Shown one piece after another: positions 49,936 through 58,816 of a stretch of 64,000 nucleotides of DNA. This DNA is from an uncultured Porphyromonadaceae bacterium (lineage in GTDB: Bacteria; Bacteroidota; Bacteroidia; Bacteroidales; Barnesiellaceae_A). The stretch is taken from positions 39,415 to 103,414 of the forward strand of contig UPZG01000005.1 of NCBI GenBank assembly GCA_900538705.1, read 5' to 3'. Below the pieces are notes generated by a model. That model was not told where the DNA came from. It worked only from the letters and a program-made list of their open reading frames with translations, and did not search any database. A program made the position numbers and the translations under genes. The first letter of the stretch is position 1, and each line of letters starts with the position of its first letter.

Positions 49936-51588
49936 TTATGCTTTGTGTGCACCTTGCTCCAATGCCAAGGTAATAGTGGTCTGGTCGCATACCTCGCTCG
50001 GGCCGAAGTATTGGATAGGACCGGGATAAACATAAGACGTCTCTTTAGCCCATTGGTCGCGGTGAGCAGCAAAGTATTTGAAGGGTTCGCCCTTGAGATT
50101 GACAAGAGCTTTTTGTATTACAGGTTTCATCTCGCCGTGACGACGTTCCATATTCATCATCATAGTTACAGGAACACCTCCGGCAATCCATTCCGATGCA
50201 GGATGTGTAGTATTGCGTACACTGGCCATGTAACCGGTCTTGCCTTCACCTATAAGTAACGAAGCGGTGTAACCGAGCGAATAGCAATAGTCAGCATCGA
50301 AGTTCGACGGAGCTGCGCAACGGCCTTCGTAGCCGAAGAAGTGGTATTGTGTGGCAAATTTGCCATTATACTTGCCGCCATCTTTCATGTAAGCCAACTT
50401 GCGAGCAACCATTTCACCGAGAAGCTTTTCGGTCTCGATGAGCGAAACTTGTACGTTTCCATGCGGATCGCGGTCGAGTGTAAGCTGACGTGCAACACCC
50501 TCGGGGAGACTTGCATATATGGCAGCATTCTCAGGAGAGATGTGTTCTATAATATATTTTATCTGTTCGCTTTGAGGTACAGCTGCATATTCGTCGGCAT
50601 GCAAGGCAAGGAAATCATTAAGCTCACTGATGAGTCGTTTCATGGCAGGAATAAACTCGATAAGACCCTCGGGAATGATAACCGTACCAAAGTTATGGCC
50701 TTCGGCAGCACGGGCTGCCACTATATTAGCTATATAGCTTACAATACCGTCGAGTGTCATTTGCTTCTCTTCTACCTCTTCTGAGATAAGGCATACGTTA
50801 GGCTGTGTTTGCAGGGCGCATTCGAGAGCGATGTGCGAAGCCGAACGTCCCATCACTTTTATGAAGTGCCAATATTTCTGTGCCGAGTTGCAATCGCGCT
50901 CTATGTTACCGATAACCTCGCTGTATACTTTGCAAGCAGTATCGAAACCAAACGATGTCTCAATCATTTCGTTTTTCAAGTCGCCATCGATAGTCTTGGG
51001 ACAACCTATCACTTGTATGCCGGCTCCTATTTGTTTGTAATACTCAGCCAATACACAAGCGTTAGTATTAGAGTCGTCACCACCGATAATTACCAATGCT
51101 GTGATGCCCAACTGACGCAATATCTCCAAACCGCTATCGAATTGTGCTTTTGTCTCGAGTTTGGTACGACCCGAACCGATAATATCAAAACCACCCGTAT
51201 TACGATATTCATCGATAATATCAGATGTAAGTTCTATGTACTTATGCTCTATAAGTCCGGCAGGACCGAGGAGAAAACCATACAGGCGGCTGGCAGAATT
51301 CATAGCCTTCAAGCCGTCAAACAGTCCCGATATAACATTGTGCCCACCGGGAGCTTGTCCACCCGACAAGATAACACCTACATTAATAGCCGGATACTCG
51401 TGAGCCTCGCCTTTTTCAAAGCGCAAAACAGGCATTCCGTAGGTATTGGGGAAAAGCTCGGCTATCTCACTTTGGTTGGCAACCGAATGCGTGGCAGCAC
51501 CCTCTATGCAACGCACTCCACCTTTTATTGCATCGGGCAGCTTAGGAAGGTACGATGCCCGGGCAATTTGTAAAGCACTCTTTTTCAT
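49936..51588 (-). CDS. pfp: diphosphate--fructose-6-phosphate 1-phosphotransferase (PPi-dependent phosphofructokinase)
   Basis: 550 aa. [18 protein letters not shown]...[17 protein letters not shown]...[11 protein letters not shown]...PKTIDGDL is the long-form PPi-PFK. Confidence 0.93.
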   Translation of the reverse strand: MKKSALQIARASYLPKLPDAIKGGVRCIEGAATHSVANQSEIAELFPNTYGMPVLRFEKGEAHEYPAINVGVILSGGQAPGGHNVISGLFDGLKAMNSASRLYGFLLGPAGLIEHKYIELTSDIIDEYRNTGGFDIIGSGRTKLETKAQFDSGLEILRQLGITALVIIGGDDSNTNACVLAEYYKQIGAGIQVIGCPKTIDGDLKNEMIETSFGFDTACKVYSEVIGNIERDCNSAQKYWHFIKVMGRSASHIALECALQTQPNVCLISEEVEEKQMTLDGIVSYIANIVAARAAEGHNFGTVIIPEGLIEFIPAMKRLISELNDFLALHADEYAAVPQSEQIKYIIEHISPENAAIYASLPEGVARQLTLDRDPHGNVQVSLIETEKLLGEMVARKLAYMKDGGKYNGKFATQYHFFGYEGRCAAPSNFDADYCYSLGYTASLLIGEGKTGYMASVRNTTHPASEWIAGGVPVTMMMNMERRHGEMKPVIQKALVNLKGEPFKYFAAHRDQWAKETSYVYPGPIQYFGPSEVCDQTTITLALEQGAHKA

Positions 51589-51637
51589 CCTATTACACTT
51601 TCTTTTTTTACTTAAAATGAATACTTTGTTTTGCCCG

Positions 51638-51645
51638 CAAATTTA
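51638..51645 (-). promoter_or_regulatory. -7 promoter box TAAATTTG for pfp
   Basis: Minus-strand TAnnTTTG match 49 nt upstream of the ATG at 51588. Confidence 0.45.
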
Positions 51646-51771
51646 TCGTTTTATTCTCTAAATCGCAACACGGCATGTACTAAAAAGAAAAAATAACATA
51701 ACAATTAATACTTTAAGCTACAAGTGGCGAGTATTCATACAAATGTTATTGCCTCAAAAAGAAAAAAAGCG

Positions 51772-51779
51772 TACCTTTG
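51772..51779 (+). promoter_or_regulatory. -7 promoter box TACCTTTG for the NifU-like/GGGtGRT pair
   Basis: TAnnTTTG match 74 nt upstream of the ATG at 51854. Confidence 0.45.
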
Positions 51780-51853
51780 CAGCCGTAAAAGCGTATAGCG
51801 TGTCTTGCGCTGCCAAAACTTTACACTCATATATAACATAAAAGATTTAAGTT

Positions 51854-52555
51854 ATGGTTTATTCACATGAAGTAGAACACATGTGTGTTGTAAAAAAAGG
51901 GCCTAATCATGGTCCCGCCCCTATTCCCGAAGAGGGACGTTGGGTGAAAGCTAAAGAAGTGGTAGATATTTCGGGCTTAACACACGGCGTGGGCTGGTGC
52001 GCACCCCAACAAGGAGCTTGCAAACTTACGCTCAATGTAAAGAACGGTGTGATACAAGAAGCCCTTGTAGAAACTATCGGATGCTCGGGTATGACCCACT
52101 CTGCTGCCATGGCTTCTGAAATACTCCCGGGTAAAACTATTCTAGAAGCCTTGAATACCGACCTCGTATGCGATGCCATCAACACGGCTATGCGCGAGTT
52201 GTTCCTGCAGATTGCTTATGGTCGTACACAATCGGCCTTCAGCGAAGGTGGCTTGATGATTGGTGCCGGCCTCGAAGACCTTGGCAAAGGTCTGCGCAGC
52301 CAAGTTGGCACTATGTATGGTACGCTGGCCAAAGGTCCGCGTTACCTCGAAATGGCCGAAGGCTATTGCAAACGTGTTGCCTTGGATAAAAACGACGAAA
52401 TCATAGGCTACGAATTTGTACACCTGGGCAAATTCATGGATATGGTAAAGAAAGGCGAAGACGCCAACGAAGCATTGAAGAAAGCTACCGGTACTTACGG
52501 TCGTTTCTCGGCCGAGCAAGGTGCAGTAAAATATATCGACCCACGCCAAGAATAA
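51854..52555 (+). CDS. NifU/IscU-N-like putative iron-sulfur scaffold-related protein, the partner of the GGGtGRT protein
   Basis: 233 aa. The Cys-containing segments GVGWCAPQQGACKL and ETIGCSGMTHSAAMASE resemble the IscU/NifU N-domain layout. It lies 18 nt upstream of the GGGtGRT gene. Confidence 0.7.
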   Translation: MVYSHEVEHMCVVKKGPNHGPAPIPEEGRWVKAKEVVDISGLTHGVGWCAPQQGACKLTLNVKNGVIQEALVETIGCSGMTHSAAMASEILPGKTILEALNTDLVCDAINTAMRELFLQIAYGRTQSAFSEGGLMIGAGLEDLGKGLRSQVGTMYGTLAKGPRYLEMAEGYCKRVALDKNDEIIGYEFVHLGKFMDMVKKGEDANEALKKATGTYGRFSAEQGAVKYIDPRQE

Positions 52556-52573
52556 TATAAGGAGGAAGCAACT

Positions 52574-53584
52574 ATGATTAGAGAAGTAAAATTTGAAAGC
52601 CAAGACCGTCGCATCAAGCAAATACTTGCTGCTCTGAATGCAAACGGCATCAAAGATATAGAAGAGGCTAACGCTATCTGCGAATCATACGGTCTCGACC
52701 CTTATAAGACGTGCGAAGAGACACAACCCATCTGCTTCGAAAATGCCAAGTGGGCATACGTAGTAGGTTGTGCCATCGCCCTGAAAAAAGGTTGTAAATC
52801 GGCTGCTGATGCTGCCGAAGCCATAGGTATAGGTCTGCAATCATTCTGCATTCCCGGCTCTGTTGCCGACGACCGCAAGGTAGGTTTGGGTCACGGAAAC
52901 TTGGCAGCCCGTCTGCTCCGTGAAGAGACCAAATGCTTTGCATTCCTCGCCGGTCACGAGTCATTTGCCGCTGCCGAAGGTGCCATCAAGATTGCTGCCA
53001 AAGCCGACAAGGTACGTAAAGAACCGCTTCGTTGCATCCTCAACGGACTGGGCAAAGATGCTGCACAAATCATTTCACGTATCAACGGTTTCACCTACGT
53101 ACAAACCCAATTCGACTACGCTACAGGCGAGTTGAAAGTGGTTCGCGAAATACCTTACTCTGAGGGCGAGCGCGCCAAAGTACGCTGCTACGGCGCCGAT
53201 GACGTACGCGAAGGCGTAGCCATCATGTGGAAAGAGGGCGTAGACGTATCTATCACAGGTAACTCTACCAACCCCACTCGCTTCCAACACCCCGTTGCAG
53301 GTACTTACAAGAAAGAGTGCTACGAGCGCGGCAAGAAGTATTTCTCAGTAGCTTCGGGTGGTGGTACAGGCCGTACCCTGCACCCCGATAACATGGCCGC
53401 CGGTCCCGCTTCTTACGGTATGACCGACACCATGGGTCGTATGCACAGCGATGCCCAATTCGCAGGTTCTTCATCAGTTCCCGCTCACGTAGAGATGATG
53501 GGCTTCCTCGGTATCGGTAACAACCCGATGGTAGGTTGCACCGTAGCTTGCGCCGTTGACGTAGCTACTGCTTTGAATAAGTAA
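52574..53584 (+). CDS. GGGtGRT family protein (conserved, function unknown)
   Basis: 336 aa and contains the eponymous motif in SVASGGGTGRTLHPDNMAAGPASYGMTD. A strong SD-like AAGGAGGA at 52559-52566 lies 7 nt before the ATG. Confidence 0.85.
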   Translation: MIREVKFESQDRRIKQILAALNANGIKDIEEANAICESYGLDPYKTCEETQPICFENAKWAYVVGCAIALKKGCKSAADAAEAIGIGLQSFCIPGSVADDRKVGLGHGNLAARLLREETKCFAFLAGHESFAAAEGAIKIAAKADKVRKEPLRCILNGLGKDAAQIISRINGFTYVQTQFDYATGELKVVREIPYSEGERAKVRCYGADDVREGVAIMWKEGVDVSITGNSTNPTRFQHPVAGTYKKECYERGKKYFSVASGGGTGRTLHPDNMAAGPASYGMTDTMGRMHSDAQFAGSSSVPAHVEMMGFLGIGNNPMVGCTVACAVDVATALNK

Positions 53585-53604
53585 TCAACACTAATACTGG
53601 AGAA

Positions 53605-53641
53605 AGAGATTGGAACCCTTGCGGGAACCAATCTCTTTTTT
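53605..53641 (+). terminator. rho-independent terminator after the GGGtGRT gene
   Basis: AGAGATTGG (53605-53613) pairs with CCAATCTCT (53628-53636), with an inner CCC/GGG pairing, followed by TTTTT. Confidence 0.8.
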
Positions 53642-53763
53642 CGTATTCATACTACTCCCATAAAAAGCTATGCCCCTCACCCTATCAGCTTGCAACGAGA
53701 CAAAACGGGTACTCTATAAAAGAAATTAAAGCTTCACGCGCACTAGTTTAGCCAGGTTTGTAT

Positions 53764-53771
53764 TACCTTTG
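53764..53771 (+). promoter_or_regulatory. -7 promoter box TACCTTTG for the GH25 gene, in a geometry that predicts a leaderless transcript
   Basis: TAnnTTTG match ending 4 nt before the ATG at 53776. The ORF-track start at 53758 is a TTG upstream of the box. Confidence 0.4.
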
Positions 53772-53775
53772 CATT

Positions 53776-54513
53776 ATGCGACTTGCTATACACCATATCG
53801 ACCACGGAGGTGGTATCGCCATCACCATTCTTGCCATTGCAATAGTGGCTGGTGTACTGTTTTTTGCCAAAGGCGACAAAGTGGGCAGTTATGGCGATAC
53901 AACGCAACAGGGTATCGATGTGTCGCACCATCAGGGATATATCGATTGGGAGATGGTCGCAGCAGATGGCTCGGTGAAATTCGCTTATATAAAAGCTTCC
54001 GAAGGGGCTACTCACCAAGATACGCGCTACGACTATAACATTACCGAGGCACGCGAAAGGGGTATAATGGTAGGTAGCTACCACTACTTTCATCCCGATG
54101 TACCGGTAAACGAGCAAATAGAGAACTTCATGCAGATAATAACGTCTTACCCGCAAGACCTCGTCCCAGCCATAGATATAGAAGAGAGTGGTGATATGTC
54201 GCCTCAAGAGGTATGCGACAGCGTAGCCTGTTTTGCAGCACGCCTGCAAGAACTGTGGCATGCCCTACCGCTTATATACACGCACCAAAAATTCTACAAT
54301 GACTATTTGCAAAATAACTTCAACAAATACCCTCTGTGGATAGCACGATACGGGTTCTTTTTCTTCAAACCCTATCCTAGTCTCAACGATAAACGTATGC
54401 CTGCTCTATGGCAATATAGCAATCGCGGAAAAGTGGATGGTATAAAGGGTCGCGTAGACTTAAATACTCTATGCGGGAACATTAAACTATACGACCTGAA
54501 ATTAGTCAAATAG
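53776..54513 (+). CDS. glycoside hydrolase family 25 muramidase (lysozyme) with an N-terminal membrane anchor
   Basis: GIDVSHHQGYIDWEMVAADGSVKFAYIKASEGATHQDTRYDYNITEARERGIMVGSYHYF is the GH25 catalytic N-terminal block. It is preceded by the TM segment GIAITILAIAIVAGVLFF. Confidence 0.88.
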   Translation: MRLAIHHIDHGGGIAITILAIAIVAGVLFFAKGDKVGSYGDTTQQGIDVSHHQGYIDWEMVAADGSVKFAYIKASEGATHQDTRYDYNITEARERGIMVGSYHYFHPDVPVNEQIENFMQIITSYPQDLVPAIDIEESGDMSPQEVCDSVACFAARLQELWHALPLIYTHQKFYNDYLQNNFNKYPLWIARYGFFFFKPYPSLNDKRMPALWQYSNRGKVDGIKGRVDLNTLCGNIKLYDLKLVK

Positions 54514-54535
54514 ATATAATCATAAAAGGACAAAT

Positions 54536-54910
54536 ATGAAAAAGTATCTTATTATGCTACTTCTTATTGTCGGATGCCTCTCACCGGCAGCTGCTGCGAA
54601 AGGATACGACATTGTAGGCGTGTATCACGATGCCGAAACAAACATTCCTTCTACAAACAAAGTCATTACCGACGACGGCCGAATAGGGAAAGTAATGATG
54701 GAACTGATTCCTGCCATTATACGTGAACGTTCATATAACGTTACAGCCATACGGATAGCCGAGAATGTGTATAAGATTGAAAGCAGCGACTTTCACCTTC
54801 CTCTCTATATAGAATTGCGTTCATGTAAAAAGAAAGGCGAACGCATGCAAGCACAAATGACCATAGACAATATAAAGGGAAGTGTAAAAGGTACGCTTAC
54901 ATTCAAATAA
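54536..54910 (+). CDS. small lipoprotein of unknown function
   Basis: 124 aa. The lipobox MKKYLIMLLLIVG|C is present. It lies 22 nt downstream of the GH25 gene. Confidence 0.65.
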   Translation: MKKYLIMLLLIVGCLSPAAAAKGYDIVGVYHDAETNIPSTNKVITDDGRIGKVMMELIPAIIRERSYNVTAIRIAENVYKIESSDFHLPLYIELRSCKKKGERMQAQMTIDNIKGSVKGTLTFK

Positions 54911-54934
54911 CCTATATGCTCTTTTCCCCAAAAG

Positions 54935-55115
54935 CAGAGGCTGTCTCAATAGGGATAAGCTTACTTACAATCTATAAGTTACAACATAAAAATCTCCTGC
55001 TTTTAGTCCTATAATTGCAATAAATAAGGGTAAAGCAGGAGTTTTTTATTACCAAGTTCCAATCTATAAGATTTTTACTTTTGCATTTCTATTTTGAGAC
55101 AGCCACTGTTTTTTT
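54935..55115 (+). repeat. nested inverted-repeat / compound terminator element
   Basis: - Outer imperfect inverted repeat: CAGAGGCTGTCTCAATA (54935-54951) with ATTTTGAGACAGCCACTG (55091-55108), followed by T7 (55109-55115).
- Inner hairpin: CTCCTGCTTT (54994-55003) with AAAGCAGGAG (55032-55041), followed by T6.
- Flanking 11-bp direct repeats: CAATCTATAAG at 54968-54978 and 55060-55070, on either side of the inner hairpin. Confidence 0.8.
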
Positions 55116-55280
55116 GATAACTTGAGTCAGAACATATAACTGAGACTGAGGGCAATATATCTCAACAACAAGCAGTCTTCATCTTTCTACCTTGTCTGTA
55201 TAGAAATACTCGGGGTGTCAGGTTGCAATGTTGCTTTTACAAATTTTATGTACCTCTGCGTTCCTGACTGCTTGCGGTTT

Positions 55281-56000
55281 CTATTCAGCCACTATTTCTA
55301 CAAAACCCTTCCAGTCTTTCGACATCTGATAAAATGCTAGATATTCGGCCTTTACATATAACTTACACTGCGATAGCAACGCCTTGTTGAATGTATATTG
55401 ACCCACTGCGGCAGGTAATCCCTTGCAATGTATTTCTGTCAGATTACTACAATATGAAAAAACAGAATTTCCTATTTTCTTTAAGCCGCTACCCAAAGTA
55501 ATTTTTTCTAATGAAGGGCAATCTTCGAAAGCAGCGTTGCCTATAACTCCCACAGAATCGGGGATATATATTTCCACCAGTTCATGGCATGCTGCGAAAG
55601 CCTCTTCTTTTATACAACGAATCGTAGAGGGTAATTTTATATAACAAGTTGCTATACACCTTTTCAGCCCCTGTTTCCCAATAGATGTAACCATATAGTT
55701 ATTAATACTTTCCGGTATTTCCAAATAGATACTTTCACATTCATGTTTATGATCTATCACATATTCATCAGGCACATATTGATTATTACTTGGTATTCTT
55801 ACAACATCCTTAATCGGTACGACTTCCAGTTCATTATTCTTTATGAAAGCATATCCGATACCATCTTTAACATAACTAACCTTGGGGAGGCCAACCGATG
55901 CAAAATATTCTCTCAGATAGTTTATTAGAGGTATAACGATAAAGCAAAAAACAGCTAAGCCGATACCAGAATATAATATTTTCCAAAGAAGATCTTCCAT
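55281..56000 (-). CDS. BspA-type leucine-rich repeat protein with an N-terminal TM anchor
   Basis: IKEEAFAACHELVEIYIPDSVGVIGNAAFEDCPSLEKITLGSGLKKIGNSVFSYCSNLTEIHC is the BspA-like LRR pattern (LRR_5). The ORF-track start at 56018 is TTG, so I used the first ATG at 56000 (MEDLLWKIL). The gene is AT-rich. Confidence 0.78.
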   Translation of the reverse strand: MEDLLWKILYSGIGLAVFCFIVIPLINYLREYFASVGLPKVSYVKDGIGYAFIKNNELEVVPIKDVVRIPSNNQYVPDEYVIDHKHECESIYLEIPESINNYMVTSIGKQGLKRCIATCYIKLPSTIRCIKEEAFAACHELVEIYIPDSVGVIGNAAFEDCPSLEKITLGSGLKKIGNSVFSYCSNLTEIHCKGLPAAVGQYTFNKALLSQCKLYVKAEYLAFYQMSKDWKGFVEIVAE

Positions 56001-56200
56001 AAACAGATATTCAAACAAGCGGTATTCAACAACTTTTTATATGGGACAGATTCTTATTTTTTCAGCAATCCGCAACCTATAAGATAGATTTTTTACACCA
56101 ACACGATTATCCTTTTTGTTTTGGACTGCCAAACCTTGCAAATTTACAAATATATTTTTTCACGAACCATTATACTCACAAAATTATCGTAAAAGTTACT

Positions 56201-57187
56201 CTATTTGCCTACATGAAGATGAAAGTAACGACGCATAAACCATATATACACCACACACAACACGGCAAGCACGGCAAAGAAATAGATGGGGCGATATACC
56301 ACAGGAGTAGCAAAAAGGCCTATTGCTATCACAGCCTGCACAGCCATGTATAGTGCACTGACGGCGATATGCGGCCAGTGCAACTCATTGGCAAGAAGTT
56401 GATAGAGGTGCTTGCGATGTGGCAATCCTATATTCTCGTGCAGCATGAGGCGATGCACAATGGTGAGTACACTGTCTACTCCATACACCAGCAACAGAGC
56501 GAGGTAGGTAAGATCGTGCGTTGCAAGAATGAGCAAGCCCAAGAAGTAAACCAAAATAAACGCAATACCTACCGACCCCACATCGCCTGCAAAACAACGT
56601 GCTTTAGGGCGGAAATTATAATAACAAAAAATCGCCACAGAGAATGTAACAGTGTGCAACAGCTCTTCGGGCACAACAGGCTCCGGCAACACATAACGGT
56701 TTGCATAAGCAATTGCGACAAGTATAACCAGGCTATATCCGCCGGTGATACCATTAATACCGTCCATAAAATTATAGGCATTGATAGTACCCATGCAAAA
56801 GAACAGTGCTATCACAATGTACCACCATGGCTCACCACCAAACAGATGCCACTGGAAAAAGAGCAGCAACATGGCAACAAGATGTACTGCCAAACGGGGC
56901 AATTGCCGCACTCCCCTTACATCATCCCAAAAACTGATGGCACAGATAAGTGTCAAACCCGCAAAGAAACAGCTGTATTCACTCCATTGCAACGGATGGA
57001 ACAGAAACGACAAAAATACGCCGACCCAAAATATAATGCCACCACCTCGTAAAGTGATGCGGGTATGCGAACTGCGCTCATTGGGACGGTCTATAATGTT
57101 ACACTTGTCGGCTATGCGAAAATATAACTCCTCTGCGGCAAAAAGCAAGACACATAAAAGAGGATAATACCAAGATATGGATTGCAT
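56201..57187 (-). CDS. polyprenyl-phosphate sugar-1-phosphate transferase (MraY/WecA family, GT4), the initiating glycosyltransferase
   Basis: 328 aa and about 10 TM segments. IDRPNERSSHTRITLRGGG and NAYNFMDGINGI are family motifs. Confidence 0.85.
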   Translation of the reverse strand: MQSISWYYPLLCVLLFAAEELYFRIADKCNIIDRPNERSSHTRITLRGGGIIFWVGVFLSFLFHPLQWSEYSCFFAGLTLICAISFWDDVRGVRQLPRLAVHLVAMLLLFFQWHLFGGEPWWYIVIALFFCMGTINAYNFMDGINGITGGYSLVILVAIAYANRYVLPEPVVPEELLHTVTFSVAIFCYYNFRPKARCFAGDVGSVGIAFILVYFLGLLILATHDLTYLALLLVYGVDSVLTIVHRLMLHENIGLPHRKHLYQLLANELHWPHIAVSALYMAVQAVIAIGLFATPVVYRPIYFFAVLAVLCVVYIWFMRRYFHLHVGK

Positions 57188-57309
57188 AATTTACTTACGG
57201 CTTCAATCGACAGGGGACGTCTCCCCTACTATAGTGTGAGATATAAAGAATTATGAATTAGCGATATAACAGTACATTACATGGCCATGCTCTGCGATAA
57301 TCGGATGAC

Positions 57310-57948
57310 TTACGTCGGGTCGGCAACAAACGGGGTTATTGCCCGAGGAGTACAGAGAAATGCTTTATGTGCATACTGCAACAACGGATAGTCGCCACGA
57401 CTGTTGCCATATGCAATAAGGCTGAAATTCTCACGAGGATAGACGGCTTCAACTCGCCGGCGTTTCTCCTCGCCGTTACAGTTAAGCCCCCCGAAAAGGC
57501 CGGTAAACCGATTATCCGTTACAGCCATGCGTGTAGCTATGACAACCTGTATACCATTGCGTAGAGCCCATGGTTCTATCCATACAGAAGGACTTGCACT
57601 GGCAATTGCTACTTGATGCCCGGCCTCTTGATGATTGCGTAATACCTGCATCACATGGTGATTGATACAGTCATCGATAACCCAAGCAAAGTCTTGTACC
57701 CTGACTTGCATATCGCTACAAGTGATGCCTCTGAAACAAGGTAGCAAAACAGCCTCTTTCACAGACGAAAGGTCGGTTGCCTTACCTCTCAGCTTATCTA
57801 TGCCAAAGCTCCACAACGCAGGCAACTGACGTAGCATGGCCGAGGCAAACGCCCCCTTACCCTTAACAAAATCGACAAACAGTGGTAATGTATCGCGGGT
57901 GGTAATAGTACCGTCGAAATCGAAAACGGCAACTGTGGGCTTATCCAT
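57310..57948 (-). CDS. HAD-IB family hydrolase/phosphatase
   Basis: MDKPTVAVFDFDGTITTRDT carries the DxDGT motif, and the C-terminal YGNSRGDYPLL is also family-typical. I chose the ATG at 57948, which overlaps the UbiA-like stop by 8 nt. The longer ORF would run through the upstream gene. Confidence 0.8.
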   Translation of the reverse strand: MDKPTVAVFDFDGTITTRDTLPLFVDFVKGKGAFASAMLRQLPALWSFGIDKLRGKATDLSSVKEAVLLPCFRGITCSDMQVRVQDFAWVIDDCINHHVMQVLRNHQEAGHQVAIASASPSVWIEPWALRNGIQVVIATRMAVTDNRFTGLFGGLNCNGEEKRRRVEAVYPRENFSLIAYGNSRGDYPLLQYAHKAFLCTPRAITPFVADPT

Positions 57949-58816
57949 ATATAATGATGGCAAACGACAAAAACCAAAGCAAGATACATAGTTGCAAGAA
58001 CCTGTCACGCAACAAAATACGTGTAGGACTCCAACTCTTCGCTTCGACCAATGTGAGTTGTAAATAACGCAATATACCTGCCAAGACAAAAATAGTGGTC
58101 ATGTATACATAGCGGCAACCCAGTCGCTGCATAATCTGCTCATCGACGGTATACATAATATAACACACCAACATCACAGCAGCTACCAAGGTAAGCGTAG
58201 CGTTGAGGAACTCTCGATTATAAAAAACTACGTTACTACGCAACTCTTCACGCGTTTGCTCATAATGCAACACGTCGTCACGACGCTTGGCAAGCGCCAG
58301 AAATAGTGCCAACAGAAAAGTCATAAGCACTATCCAATGCGAGGGTGTTATGCAGGCAGCCTCAGCTCCCGCCATAATGCGCAATACAAAACCGGCTGCA
58401 ACAATCATAACGTCGAGCAACGAAATGCGTTTTAACCCGAAACAATATGCGACATTGAGCACATAATATATCATGACGATATACAAGGCACCTCGGCTAT
58501 CTGTTGGCAGACACAGGCCTAGCGATAACGCCAACAGCAATAAAACCACGTGCAATACTATCGCCGTACGCGACGGCACCAGCCCCGCAGCTATAGGGCG
58601 ATGACGTTTTTGGGGATGCTGCCTGTCGTAGGCAACATCCCTCAGGTCGTTGAGTATGTATATACTGCTGCTGATAAGGCAAAACATCACAAACGCAACC
58701 ATGCATGGCCACAACCTATCGAACTGCAAAAGGGTATGGCCGAAAAAGAGAGGCAAGAACAAGAAAAGATTCTTGACCCACTGTGCAGGACGCAATAATG
58801 TGATGTACGCTTTCAT
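57941..58816 (-). CDS. UbiA family prenyltransferase resembling decaprenyl-phosphate phosphoribosyltransferase (DPPR synthase type)
   Basis: 291 aa and about 8 TM segments. It has MKAYITLLRPAQWVKNLFLFLPLFFG and the Asp-rich motif NDLRDVAYDRQHPQKRHRPIAAG. Confidence 0.78.
   Translation of the reverse strand: MKAYITLLRPAQWVKNLFLFLPLFFGHTLLQFDRLWPCMVAFVMFCLISSSIYILNDLRDVAYDRQHPQKRHRPIAAGLVPSRTAIVLHVVLLLLALSLGLCLPTDSRGALYIVMIYYVLNVAYCFGLKRISLLDVMIVAAGFVLRIMAGAEAACITPSHWIVLMTFLLALFLALAKRRDDVLHYEQTREELRSNVVFYNREFLNATLTLVAAVMLVCYIMYTVDEQIMQRLGCRYVYMTTIFVLAGILRYLQLTLVEAKSWSPTRILLRDRFLQLCILLWFLSFAIIIYG

Noticed and set aside
53776-54513. GH25 lysozyme as a prophage endolysin remnant.
   Set aside because: There are no holin, portal, capsid, tail or integrase genes nearby. 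The enzyme carries its own membrane anchor and promoter box and sits among chromosomal genes.
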